Part shown: in pieces, positions 37,391-50,099 of the stretch
How positions within the stretch are numbered: position 1 is the stretch's first letter
Layout of the letters: every line of letters starts with the position of its first letter
From: Torpedo marmorata
Lineage: Eukaryota
Assembly: GCA_977017645.1 (NCBI GenBank)
Contig: OZ360241.1
Coordinates: 52,018,001-52,082,000, forward strand
Direction of reading: 5' to 3'
DNA: 64,000 nucleotides
Notes under the pieces: model-generated
What the model saw: the letters and a program-made list of their open reading frames with translations, nothing else
Told to the model about the DNA's origin: nothing
The model's database searches: none
Program-made: the position numbers and the translations under genes

Positions 37391-37565
37391 AGCTCTCATT
37401 TCGACCTACTTTCCCTGCATTTTCCAATGATCCTACAATTATATTTTTCCCTTCCCAGTGTTCATTCAATCCCCTTTTGAATAATCTATTGGATTTCCTT
37501 CTATCAGATCTTCAGATTGTGCACTTCAGAACACAAATCCCTGCCGAGACAATCCTTTCTCCTCA

Positions 37566-37708
37566 CTTTGATGAAGGGCTCAAGCCCGAAACGTCAGTTA
37601 TGTATTTCTACCTTTGCTACATAAAAGACACTGTTTGACCTGCTGAGTTTCTCCAGCATTTGTGTTTTTTACTTCAACCACGGTGTCTACAGATTTTCGT
37701 GTTTTACT
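37566..37708 (+). mobile_element. Solo Penelope pLTR (family A) with 13 bp TSD
   Basis: Near-identical to 9378-9520; TCCTTTCTCCTCA at 37553-37565 and 37709-37721. Confidence 0.88.
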
Positions 37709-37747
37709 TCCTTTCTCCTCAGTGTTCTATTTGCCATTTATCTTAAC

Positions 37748-37947
37748 CAGCTATTCTCAGTGGGGTCCCTATGAACTCCCTGGGGGTCACAGCACATTTA
37801 AGTAAAAGCCTGTTTACTTTTCACCTCATATAACATAAATATTTTTTTATGAAACCAAAACTTGCCTGCTTCACAGAGAAGGGGGCCTATAAATTGAGCA
37901 GAGTCCTAAGGGGACCATAACTGAAAAAAAAAGGTTGAGAATTGCTG
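37748..37947. mobile_element. Old hAT-Charlie-like MITE
   Basis: CAGCTATTCTCA...AAAAGGTTGAGAATTGCTG termini; TSD poorly preserved. Confidence 0.45.
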
Positions 37948-39231
37948 GTGTAAACCGTTCCACTTTCAACCGTTATGGGTGAGATTTGATTGTTAAAGTT
38001 AGCAGATAAATTGATATTGATCTGGTGGTGGGGACATTCTTGGGGAGGATTCATCACTAACAAGCCAGATAGACTTCAACTTGCCTCCCACAAAAGTATT
38101 CATTTGGAATCCCAATGATCATCTACAGATTTGTCGCCGGATTCTGAGCTGCACCCCCAACATTGCCACAATAAAGACCACATGTTGTATTCTGCCAAAG
38201 ATCAGGTAACTCAGGACCTGGTGCAGTTTCCCGCTCTATTTTAATGCAGCCATTAGATCGAGGTTTATCTTTTTACCTCTAAATGCCACAGCACCTTTTG
38301 AGGACAGTGAAAAATATCTAAAAAGATTTAAGTGCAAAGGTTTTCAAAAGTTGACCGTTGATCATCTCCAGCAGAGATTTAATCTGTATAATGCTTTAGT
38401 GACATAGGAGATATTTTTATAGTGAATACGTTTGAAATAGGGCACAGGTAGGAAATCTCCCCTGATGGTCCCTATTTCACAATTATTAAACCATAAATTG
38501 AGACTGGATCCATTTACATTTTGAATCTATGGAAAAATATCAAGGTAGAACAGGGAAAAGAACAATCTTCCAATTTTGGAGTTCAACAGCACCATGAAGC
38601 TGCATTTAAGTTTATGAATTGTTATGTTTTAGGAGTCACCGTACATTGGATAAGGTTTATCTATTTTTAGGTTGCTTGGTGGATGGGGACTGACTCTGCT
38701 GCCAAATTTGAATGTTACCTGAGTATAAACTATTAAAATACAAGCACAGTGAATCCTACATTTTATTTTGCTGCTCAAGGTCCAAAGACAATGACCCCAA
38801 TTTTCTCCCAATCTCACCATCAGGATGAAATATTTAACCTTTAATCAATTATTACATATTCAATCACAAAGGTTCATGTCACTGCCAACCACATCATAAC
38901 CCTGGAGCCAAATTTCCAAATAGATTATTTTTAAAGTAAATTCCAGGGATTTAACTTATTCATTGCCATTGACAAGATGGCATCTATATCGTTTCCTTGC
39001 CACAGCCAGTGATGATGAGATAGAGCGATATATGAGTTTCTTGGTAATACGTTACTCTGTTGCCTATTAAAAAAAAAGACCATTGATTTGCTCTGTGATA
39101 CCTGACTAGTTCATTTCCCAGGACCTCGACACTGTGAAACTCTTTATCTCCCTTGCTGGCCTGTTCCTCTTCCAGTCTGAAGGCTTCAAAAATCCAAGCT
39201 TTAATAGCTTGTAATTTGTCTGACTGAGGAA

Positions 39232-39476
39232 TGGGTGGCACAGTTAGTATAGTGGTTAGCACAACGCTATTACAGTGCCAGCGACCCAGGTTCGAATCCG
39301 GAGCCGTCCTGTAAGGAGTTTGTACATTCTCCCAGTGTCTGCATGGGGTTCCTCTGGGTGCTCCGGTTTCTTCCCACATTCCAAAGACGAACAGGGTTTG
39401 TAGGTTAATTGGTCACATGGTACTTGGGTAGCGTGGGCTCATGATCCAGAAAGGCCTGTTCCTCTAAATAAATTAA
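39232..39476 (+). mobile_element. V-SINE
   Basis: tRNA head with B box GGTTCGAATCC, V domain and tail. Confidence 0.82.
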
Positions 39477-39984
39477 AATGAACGCTCGAAAATCATGTTT
39501 TCACAATGCTTTGGCATGGGTCGTGTGAGAGAATGAGTTGAATAGGAGGAGGTAATTTGAGATTTCACCTTGACACTAAGTGTGGAGAGCAAAAGTTGTT
39601 GGGGTTCAGAAAGTAGCTCCTGGAGAACTATGGCTAAAGGTAAACCTAACCCAGAAAAGAAACAAATGCCTACTGGGGAAAAGAGGGAGAATAGTGAATT
39701 CAATTTGTAAAAGTTGCTCTGTCCGTAGCTTAAAAATGCATCGCAGTTACTTGGAAGTCCGACTCCCCCCTTCTCATCACTCGATGGTCTACGGAAATGT
39801 ACAGCTGTATCCACATGGAAAAAATTACATATAGTCTTAGAAATAAATATGATAACTTTGTTAAAGTGTGGCAACCATACTTGGAGCACATTGGTGCTCA
39901 GTTGTAATCAAACCCCTGAGGTATGGTATACTGTAATGTATAATTATTTTAAGGGTGTGGCATCACCAAATACTTGAGGGGAAA

Positions 39985-40195
39985 AAAAAGTTGTAAGCGC
40001 TGACGGTACGTTTAGTTTTCTTTTCTTTTTCTTTCTCTTTTGTCTCGGTTTTATTCTTTTTGGGTGGGGAAGGGAGGGTTAAGGGGTGTAATGTATTCTG
40101 TACTTGATACGTTTGAAATTTGTATATATTTCATGATTGTTTATTAAAGTTTTGTGAAAATTTCTGAAAATGAAAAAATTTTTTTTTTTTAAAGA
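39985..40195 (+). mobile_element. L1-like 3' UTR stub
   Basis: T-rich, then GGGAGGG, TGTA-rich and A/T tail, as in the other L1 3' ends in this window. Confidence 0.5.
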
Positions 40196-40977
40196 GGGAA
40201 AATAGTGATAAAAAATAAAAAACAAATATACTAATGTTGAACCTGTTTTTTTATAATTCATATGCCCCTGTTGTTTGAAACAATGCAATGCACGATTTTT
40301 AAAATGTATTTTAATATTTATTCCTTTGTTCATTTACTATTTATTCCAAATGAATGCTCCCTCAATTAGATACGAAACTCAATGAAGTATCATTGAGTTT
40401 ATTTTGACAACTGTTTACATTCCAACATCATGAATGAAGCCATGAAGAGGCTTGCTAACAGTAATATTACATTCAAGAAATACAAAGCAATTTAACATTA
40501 CACTCTCAGCTGACAGTAAAGGCATTGACTAATCATGGCATCATGGATTATGTTAAGTAGGCTCCTTGTCATGCAGGTTTTCATCCATATTTCAGTCATA
40601 GAAATTATTAAGCATCTGAACTGTCACACTTGCAGCATCACAAAAGGCATCACAGTGTGACATTAGAAGCCAGCACGTTTCTTTCATTCACATCCACCAG
40701 TGCCTTGGTAATTTTACAATGCATCATAATCAACATAATGACTTTCCAAATATCAGATGACAACTCAAAAATCTTGTTGAATAACATTTTGGAAGGAAAA
40801 GATGACATAGCAACAAAATGAAAACCATGAGGAGATTGTGAATGGCGTTTCTCATTGTGTATCCATGAATACAGGGGCGTAGCTCACAATAGAGCTATAA
40901 TGCCACCTATTGACTCTAGCTTGTAACTACAGTGTTACCAAGAACTGTTTACATTGACAATCCCTACTATAACTGAA

Positions 40978-41080
40978 GCAAAAAAAACAAGCTGGCAGAG
41001 GATCTCAGTGAGCCAGGCAGCAACAATGGAGGGATATGGACAAGCGATGTTTTGGGTCGAGACCCTTAATCTGGACTGCT
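40978..41080 (-). mobile_element. Degenerate Penelope pLTR
   Basis: Minus strand CAGATTAAGGGTCTCGACCCAAAACATCG...TGCTGCCTGGCTCACTGAGATCCTCTGCCAGC. Confidence 0.6.
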
Positions 41081-41419
41081 TCTTTCTATGTAACCACTTC
41101 CAGGTCCGAGACCCATGACCTTGCTGTTTATGTTTGCACACTCCGCAATGACAGAGCATGCCGATGTAGGCCTATTACTATCTTAATTATGTAAAGTGTA
41201 TTGTTTAGCACATAATATCCTGTGCACAATGACATTTTGTGGTGGTAGGCCATCTAAATAAATATTCATTGGCTCACCACTACTAATTGAACAGACCTTT
41301 CCCAGAACCAAAGTAGTCTGGAGTTCTTCATCTGCTGCTGTATTTAAACTATATCTTTAGAAGATAGCAGTACCTCAATGCAGCCCAAATATAAAATCAA
41401 ATTCTTCCTTGCAGTTATG

Positions 41420-41710
41420 ACAGTGCTGAGAGATGCTATCCTCCAATTGAGACATTAAACAGAGGCCCATGGCACTATTCCAAAGAAAGGTTCTGCTAAT
41501 CTCCCCGATGCCCTGGCCAAGATTTACCCATCACCCAGTGACAGGAAACCCTTACTCTGGTCATTACCACATTGTTCTTCGTGAAATCATATTGCATGTA
41601 AATTTTCTACCACTGTGATTTGGAATTACCTAATTAGCTAAAAATCGTTCTTTGGGACACATTGAGGTTGTGAAAGCTATATATAACTCAAGCAGTCCTT
41701 TCTTCTTTCT
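41420..41710 (+). mobile_element. Deu-domain SINE-like element
   Basis: GAGACATTAAACAGAGGCCCATGGCACTATT..CCTGGCCAA..; tail GAGGTTGTGAAAGCTATATAA. Confidence 0.55.
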
Positions 41711-41984
41711 TGTTAAGATTTTGCAACTATTTTCTGTGGGTACAAATTGACCAGTCTTGGGCAGGATCATTGCAATAGAAGATTATTTAAATAGACAGCT
41801 GTTCACAATAACAATGTCAAAATGAACAAAAGCATCAAGAGACCATTGACTTTCTGTCCTTGAATCAACAGTGCTCAATGTACAACATAAGAGCATCCGG
41901 GCATTGTACTCCACTCAGCTCCTGCCATTTAGTTCTATTTAAGTCACTGGATCTCTATGATATTGCATGAATAGAGGGATATTT

Positions 41985-42229
41985 GGGTGGCAGGGTTAGC
42001 GTAGCGGTTAGCGCAATGCTATTACAGCACCATTTACCCAAGTTCAAATCCGGCACTGTCTGCAAGGAGTCTGTACGTTCTCCCCGTGTCTTCGTAGGTT
42101 TTCCCCAGGTGCTCCAGTTTCCTCCCACCCTTCAAAAACGTACGGGGATTGTAGGTTATTTGATGTATTTGGGTGGCACGGGCTCATAGGCCAGAAGGGT
42201 ATGTTACCGTGCTGTACGTCTAAAAAAAA
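41985..42229 (+). mobile_element. V-SINE
   Basis: Homologous to 5958-6224. Confidence 0.82.
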
Positions 42230-42529
42230 CAGCACCAATGATGTGATGATAAATTGTAACTGCCTCTCTCTAATGTTAATAATGTTCTAAAGGTTGATAC
42301 ACAATGGTAGAGAGTCAACACTAGTAGATCCTTGACTGTTACAGTTTCCAGTGTCATCGGAACTCCTTGATGTTTTTCATTCATTGCCAGCCCTATTACA
42401 CTCTACATATACCTAATTAAAGTATAAAGTAAGAATGTTGGTAGGGCTGGTGGGGGAAGTCCAGGAGCCGGGAATGGGGAGCTGTTTCAGTGTCATCTAC
42501 AGTCTAGCAGCTACTTCTGGCATAATAGT

Positions 42530-42735
42530 GAAGTAAATATGGCAGAGGTGGATACAATTACCACATTTAAATGATACGTGGACAAATGCATGGATAGGAA
42601 AGGTTTTGAGGATTATGAGCCAATGTCAGATTGGCCAATGAGACTATCTTAAGTAGGCACCTTGGTTGGCATGGGTAAGTGGAGCAGAACGGCCTGTTTC
42701 CATGCTGTATAACTATGAAGCCATGAATCTATGAA
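42530..42735 (+). mobile_element. CR1 LINE 3' fragment
   Basis: GATACAATTACCACATTTAAA...GGCCTGTTTCCATGCTGTATAACTATG. Confidence 0.6.
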
Positions 42736-42949
42736 ATGCAACTATTGAAACCAATGTCTTCCATTGGTTTGTGAAGCCACCTATTAGGGTATAGGATGAG
42801 TGCAATACCCCTTTACTTTCACTGAAAATACTGTCGAGATCAATGATTCTGAACCCAAGGCCAACAGCCTACATAACGCCCAAGCAACACCCTGTTAAAA
42901 ACCATTCTTTAAATGGAGACATGAAAAATAAGTTCTATATGTGCTCAGT

Positions 42950-43690
42950 GAAACATGCAGAAATGCTGGAGGAACTCAGCCGGTCTCGTAGCATCCATAG
43001 GAGGTAAAGATATTTTACCGACGTTTCGGGCCTGAGCCCTTCTTCAAGGTATAAGCAAAAAGCAGGCAGGCATCTTAATTAAAGACTGCAAAGAGCAAGC
43101 GGGAAGAATGGGAGGGAGAGGAGTCCAGACCAACAAACAAAAGGTGTTAATTGGATATGATAAGAGGAAAGGTGAGAATTGATTTTGGCTCTGTGAAAGG
43201 AGACAGAAGGAAAAGGGAAGAGAGAGGGAGAGTCAGAACTAGAGGGAAGAAGAGGTGGGGGGAGGGTCCTTTCTTAACGGAAACTGGAGAAGTCGATGTT
43301 AATGCCATCCGGTTGGAGGGTGCCCAGACAGAAGATGAGGTGTTGTTCCTCCAATTTGCAGGTGGTCTCAGTCTGGCAGTGCATGATACCATGGACAGAC
43401 ATGTCAGCAAGGGAATGGGACGGGGAATTGAAATGGGTGGCCACTGGGAGATCCATACTATTGCAGCAGGCAGAGCCGAGGTGCTCAACAAAGTGATCTA
43501 ACATAGGGAAGGGGGTGGAGACCTGGAGGAAAGGAGTCAGGGGGATGGGGAAAAGAGGGAGAACGGGCAGTGAGTGAGCTAGGAGAAACCGGAGAAGTCG
43601 ATGTGAATGCCATCTGGTTGGAGTGTGCCCAGACGGAAAATTAGGTGTTGCTCCTCCAGTTTACAGGTGGCCTTGGTTTGGCCTTGGCCA
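42950..43690 (-). mobile_element. Penelope-like element (family B): GIY-YIG C-terminus + pLTR, with a second partial endonuclease segment at 43580-43690
   Basis: ORF 43274-43504 DHFVEHLGSA...DLPVATHFNS...KLEEQHLIFCLGTLQPDGINIDFSSFR; hammerhead-like motif at 43011-43052. Confidence 0.85.
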
Positions 43691-44221
43691 AATAATAATT
43701 GACAAGAAAAGCAAAACATTCATGATGTTTATTTTATAACGCCCGTTAAAAATATTAACTCCCAGAAGCACATTTAGGGGAAAGTGTTCCAATGTACCAA
43801 ATTGCTTAACGACAAACAACAAATACATGCATCAGCTCAAATGCACAGAACAAATGTAAATGCACAGATTAAGCTTAATCTAAGCAATTTGATTAAGCTT
43901 TACAGATGTTTGATTTTGCAGGTGTAGCATTCAAAATTAAGTGAGAAATGCAGGTGAACACCAAAGACCCACAATGCATCAGGAAAGAAGAACCAGTGAA
44001 TTCAGAGTTACAATTTAATTCAAACTCTGGGATATTGGCATTTTTGTGCCACGTGAACCAAAATGGAACGGCCACCAGAAATAGAGATTGGGTCCAACAA
44101 TGGTTCGAGCCTCCCAGATTCCAAACTAAAATGTCAGTATCAATTCAAGGATTAATTTTGAGAAAATAAGGTGAGTTGACATGTCTTTCCTCCATATAGG
44201 AGCAATAGTAAAGCCAGAGAC

Positions 44222-44366
44222 ATAAAAGGCTGCAGATGCTGGAATCTGGAGAGGGAAAAAAAACAATTAGGGGGTACAACTCAGCTGGTCAAGTTACATC
44301 AGTTGGGGGGCGATGGTGGAGTGGGAGAAATTATTGATGTTTCAGGTCAAAACCCTTCATCAAAGC
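44222..44366 (-). mobile_element. Degenerate Penelope pLTR
   Basis: Minus strand CTTTGATGAAGGGTTTTGACCTGAAACATC...CCAGATTCCAGCATCTGCAG. Confidence 0.6.
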
Positions 44367-44445
44367 TTGATCATTGACTGGGGAGATAGTCAGTAAAAGG
44401 AGGGGAAGTGTGAGACACCAGGGATTGGTGAAGCAGGGAAGGGGG

Positions 44446-45172
44446 TCAAGTCAAGTCAAGTGAAATTTATTATCATCTGATTGCACAAGTACAATCCAAT
44501 GAAACAGCGTTCTCCAGTCTGCTGAAAAACACGCAGACACACAACCAGACATAACACACATGCAGCAAAAAATGCATATGCATGAGAAGTATTCATATGT
44601 ACAAATAAATAAATAAATATTGTTTCGTGAATATGAGAGTCTCGGATGGTGAGTGTGAGCAGTTCCTTTGGTCGTTCAGCATTCTCACTGCAAGTGGGAA
44701 GAAGCTGTTCCTTAGCCTGGTGGTGCTGCTGGATCTGATAATCCTGTACTTTTCCCCGACGGGAGCAGTCTAAAGATTCTGTGTGCGGGGTGAAGGGGTC
44801 CTCAAGAATTTTGCCCACCCTCTTCAGACAACGATCCCGGTAGATCACATCGATGGGGGAGAGGGAGACTCCAGTGATCCTCTCTGCCACTCTTATGGTC
44901 CTGTGGATTGACCTCCAATCCATTTCTCTGCAGCAACCGTACCACACTGTGATGCAGCCGGCCAGGAAACTCTCGATAGAACTCCTATAGAAGATTGACA
45001 TCATGTGGCCGGTAGCCTTGCCCGCTTCAGTCTTCTCTGGAATTGCAGTCACTGTTGCGCCTTCCTGACAAGTGGGGAGATGTGTATTCACGATAGGTTA
45101 CTAGTTAAGTGAACTCCAAGAAACTTGGTGCTCTCCACTCTCTCCACGACAGAGTTATTGATATGTAGTTGA
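44446..45172 (-). mobile_element. Rex1/Babar LINE 3' fragment
   Basis: INNSVVERVESTKFLGVHLTSNLS, FYRSSIESFLAGCITVWYG; (GACTT)n tail. Confidence 0.88.
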
Positions 45173-45787
45173 TAGATGGAGCTGGGTGAAGGGTGGAGTT
45201 GGGAGACAGAGGCGGTTGATTGAGATTGGGTGCCAGACAATCTCTCTGAGGACAGAGACAAACAAGGAAGTGGATGGAACAAGATGGGCCAGGGGAGGAT
45301 GGAGGTGGAGACAGCTGGTGGAGGATGATATGTGGGAACAAAGTCTACCAGAACTGGAATCTGAGAGGTAAAGAACATGGTAATGGTGGTGACAGGAACC
45401 ATCAAACGAAGAGGTCAAGGACAGGTGGGACCAGATGGAACCAGAAGGGGAAGGGTATTGATGGGTGAAATGTGTCAGGAGAGATGGATGGAATCATGCT
45501 GTAAACAGTGAAGTGAACAGAAATTAATCCTTTGTATGTGTGCATTTCAGACTTATGGTGGCTACTTCTGTTTGAATCTACTTCAGTGGGTATTATCACT
45601 TGATATTTTGGATCAGACATCATACATCATGTGATGAAACAACTCCACAAAGAACTGTCAAGCAACCTGAGCAAAGCAGGCAAAGGGATCCTAATCCAGA
45701 ATTTGATTTGAATTAAGCTTCACCTGTGAACTGCTACAGCTTCTGCTCTTCTCCATCCTACCTCCTGTCCAGTAGAGAGGCAGATTA

Positions 45788-46390
45788 CACTGAACAACAA
45801 AGAGTTTGCTTCCAGAACAGTTTTGGGTGTATTTTATGGATTTTGGGCTGCTGATCACGAAAATTACCTTAAAATTTTCCTATCTTAAACCGTTTTCTTG
45901 GCAACTACAGAGCACCAAACTACATCCAGCTGATTGACAACATGCTTCAAGCATACAAAACCATGAAGGGCAACATGTCATTAAAAATTCATTTTCTGCA
46001 TTCACACTTGGACTTCTTCCCTGCTGATCTTGGTGCAGTCAGTGATGAACATGGTAAAATGTTTCAACAGGATATTGCGACCGTGGAAAAGTGGTATCAG
46101 GGCAACTGGAATAAATCAATGCTGGCCGACTATTGGTGGACATTGACATGAGAGGCATCAGATGCTGAGTACAAACAAAAAGCAGCGGCAAAACATTTTT
46201 AGGTCAGTTGAACTGACGCAATGTGTCAGCATCATTATGCGATTAGACATAATAAATTCAATAAAAGTTAATTTAATGTTCCTCTAAATTCCTACATGAT
46301 ACAGAAAATCTGATCAACTTGAAATTGTCTATTATAATCCCCAATTTATTTTCAGGAAGCAAAACGTTTAAAGAAATTTGTTGTCCAGTG
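45788..46390 (+). mobile_element. CMC-Chapaev3-type DNA transposon deletion derivative, copy 2
   Basis: TIR CACTGAACAACAAA/TTTGTTGTCCAGTG, TTA TSD; same transposase C-terminal peptide (ORF 45942-46151). Confidence 0.8.
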
Positions 46391-48532
46391 TTATCTCCAC
46401 ATAGTCACAACCATATCACTACACAGCACTTGCTTTGAATAGGTGGGTTCAAACCTCTCACATTTGTCAACCTGGCTACTTCAATCCCCGCAGATGTATT
46501 TTTAAGATGCTTCAATCTGTAAACTGAATGAACTTGATCTTCATATACTGTTTACTTCTGCTTATTTACTTCAGGGGAACTCCTGAAAGATCCAGAAATT
46601 TTGTCAACTCAAAATGAATTCTGCTGCAGAAATGTTGTTTTGTTGACATCAACTTTTTTTTATAGCTGTTGATGTTAGAAAAATCTGCATGAGATTAGAT
46701 CCCTTCATTTTAATTATTCAGTGCTGCCAATGCTATTGATTTCATTAACAATTTATATAAATTACACGATTGCTTTAATTAATTTGACCTACAGAAGTAG
46801 CAGAGCTTTGAAAATACAAAAAAAAGTTCAGAAGAAAGTGCAACTTTCTTATTGCTCTTCACCTCCTGACAACTTAACCTTGATTTAATGCAGGATGAGG
46901 TCAATTGTTTGTATAGGTGGACTCAGGGCTTTGAAAGCACTCCCACAATCATAGCATCTTAGAGAAACTATATAGAAGCAAATGTTAGTCTGGGTTAATT
47001 CTGGTGGTTTTAATGCTCAACAGATATGTGAATTCAGGAGGGATTTTGCCTCCTTAATTAATTTCAGAGGTAGGGTGGGAATTAGCATTCAATAGAGCAC
47101 ATGGATTGCGTGCAGTATCCCTATTTACCCTGCATAATTTACTGATACAACTGCAGAAGCTGAAGTTTTTATGAGCTCAGTTACAAGTATTTGATTAAAT
47201 AGTTCTTGACAAACTACGTATTCTCCTAAATAATATTAACAGACGCGTGTCAGCAGAAAAGGAATAAAATAAAGCATTATTCGGGTTTTATTATTTAAAA
47301 TTATTGCATGCTCACCCAGTAGCCTTGCTGAAAATAACTTAATTTTCTTTATTGTTGACAAAACAATTCCTTGTCCTGTGAGCGCGAGGAGATGTCTGTT
47401 AAGGACGGGCTTGGTAATAGATTACCCTGATAGTTTCAGGAATAGTCACAAGTTGAAATTCTATTACCTTAAATTTTTTAAGTAATTTACATGAATAGTG
47501 TGTCATTGCATATTTAAGCGATAATAGATGTGCAGGAGTAGTGGTGGGGATTATAATTGAGGACAGCCATGCCTGATTGAAGGATGAAGACAGAGGTCAC
47601 ATCTCCCAATCAAGCTGCTCTCCTCAATTAAAATTTGCATTTCAAGCACAGATCCATTGTTGTAATTTGACTGTAAATTTAATGCAATTCGTTTTTTAAT
47701 AAAAATTGATTCAAAATTATTACACGTTCCCCAATACATCTCTGTGTTGCTTGCATTCCTGTGGATTGGAGATAGCTGTGCAGATTGGCAACCAACTTCT
47801 CTGATAAATTGTATTTATGTCAGATGATAGAGGAGTTTTGTAAAGCAGAGGAGTGCCTTGGAATGAATGCTATTGTATACATAGTATGGTGTCCTTTAAT
47901 AAGTATAATAAGTAACGATTGGGTAAATCAAAATCAATGCTCAGTTACTGAACTGTGCTAATTGGAAAATGTTTATAAATTCTGGAATACAGCTGAGAAG
48001 AAGCCACCACCAAGTAAAATTATTTTTACTTTAGATTAGTTTGCAGCTGTAACTAAATAACGAGCATAATAAGAATTGAGAAAATATATTGGCATAGATG
48101 TTTGTCCTTATCACCTGGAAAGTAATCCAGCCTTGGTCTTAATCTTGATTTTTAATAAATACAATTTTACATAAAAAGTATGTGCTCTGCTCTACCAGAG
48201 AGGCAGTGAAGATAGATATCTACTCCATTCTTTATACACTCAGACAGTTTGTAAAATGGAAGGATCAGACACAAGTTTAGTTATTCCACATTCATTTAGT
48301 AATGATGTGTCCAATGATAACCTTTGTAGGACGTGTTCTTGTTCTTGGCTTGCGAGGAGTAATCTATCAAATGATCATTTCTGGTCTGTACTGTAGACTC
48401 TTAGTTCACTAGTTTTCAAAGGAATATCACAATATGGTTGCTATTTTCAAGCTGATTTGTACATGTCCCTCCACTCTTCCACTTGCCCGCATCTTTGCAG
48501 TACTAAGGTTAAGTGAAATCATACTAACACAG

Positions 48533-48978
48533 ACAGAATCAGAATTTATTGCCATGAACATGTCGCAAAATTTGTTGTTTTGTTGCAGCATTACAGCTGC
48601 AAATATTGCTATAAAATTACATTTAAAAATAAATAAATTAGTGCAAAAATAAGAGGAAGTGAGGTAGTGTCTGTGGTTCATTGTCCATTCAGAAATCTGA
48701 TGGTGGAGGGGAAGAAGCTGTCCTTGTGTCACTGGGTGTTCGTCTTCAGGCTCCTGTATCTCCTTCCTGATGGTAGCAGTGTGAAGAGGGCATGGCCTGG
48801 GTGGTGGGGGTCCTTGAGGATAGAGGCTGCTTTCTCAAGACACCACCTCTCGTAGATGTCCTCGAAGGAGGGGACTGATGCCCTTGATGACGCTAGCCGA
48901 GTTCACAACTCTCTGTAGTTTTTCCTGTCCTGTGCATTGGCACCTCCATACAAGACAGTGATGCAAACAGAATGCTCA
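48533..48978 (-). mobile_element. Rex1/Babar LINE 3' fragment
   Basis: Homologous to 22512-22930 and 14265-14600. Confidence 0.85.
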
Positions 48979-50099
48979 TTCTTTCTCAAAGCATCAAAAG
49001 CCATTTATGTTAATGTCAGGGTTTTTACTGGCTTTTAAATATCTAAATTGGCACCACTGTATGATTTATCTTGCCTTCTCTCTTGCTCTATTCATTGCTT
49101 GTGTTGACCTTTCCCTGAGCCTCCCCAAGTTGGGGGGGTGAAAAAAACAACAGTACCAATTGACCCAGTAACCTTTTTATTTGAGATTTTGGGAGATAGT
49201 ATTTCCACAGGTACATTAAGTGCAAATGTCAAGTTACATTGAGAATCCCTGGGGCAATGAACCCCAATTATTTTCATTCAAGGTCAACTTAGTCTCAAAC
49301 ATCAATCTTGGTCAAGACTGGAATCATTTTTGTGCATTTACTCAGCCATAAATTTAAAGGGTTGTTTTGTTTCAGTGGCAGAGTTTTTAATCATCTATTA
49401 GTTTATCTCCATTTAGTGCCAAAAACAGTTCACTTTTAACTTTGAATTTTTTTTCGCAGTACCCTTTTTTAAACAAAGTATTTTAAATACTACTGTAGCT
49501 AAACCCAGGAGGTTTGAATGTGTAAAGCCGATATTGTCTGTTTCCATCTTTGCAGAGTAAGTGTAAACAAATCAGTTTCAGTCGTACTTGCTCCCCCACC
49601 ACCAACGCCCCCCCCCCCTGCCAAGAAGACATTAGTCAATCATTTTTCATTTCTCATTGGAATCTGATTGGAGAAACTACAGGATTATTTAAAAATGTAA
49701 AATAAAACTGCCAATGCTGAAAATCTGAAATAACAACATAAAATTACAGAAACTCTCAGAAAGTCAGGCAGAATCTGTGTAATGACAACCAAACCAATTT
49801 TCAGGTTGGCAACCCTTCACTTAGAATCAGGTCAAAGGGGTTTGGACTATAAGGGATTCAAAGGTTATGAGAATTAAGTTGGAAAATAGGATTGAAGCCA
49901 AGTTCAGATCAGCCATAAGGGGTTTTTGACTTGAAATATTAGCTGTTTCTCTTTCCACAGATGCTGCCTGATTTGCTGAGCTTTTCCAGCATTTTCTGGG
50001 TTTTTAAAATTTATAACTAAGGGGTATTACCAGATTGATAAAAAGGTTATTTTGAGGGATGGTTGATCCAGATGGGAGAACAATACTCATAACGAGAAT

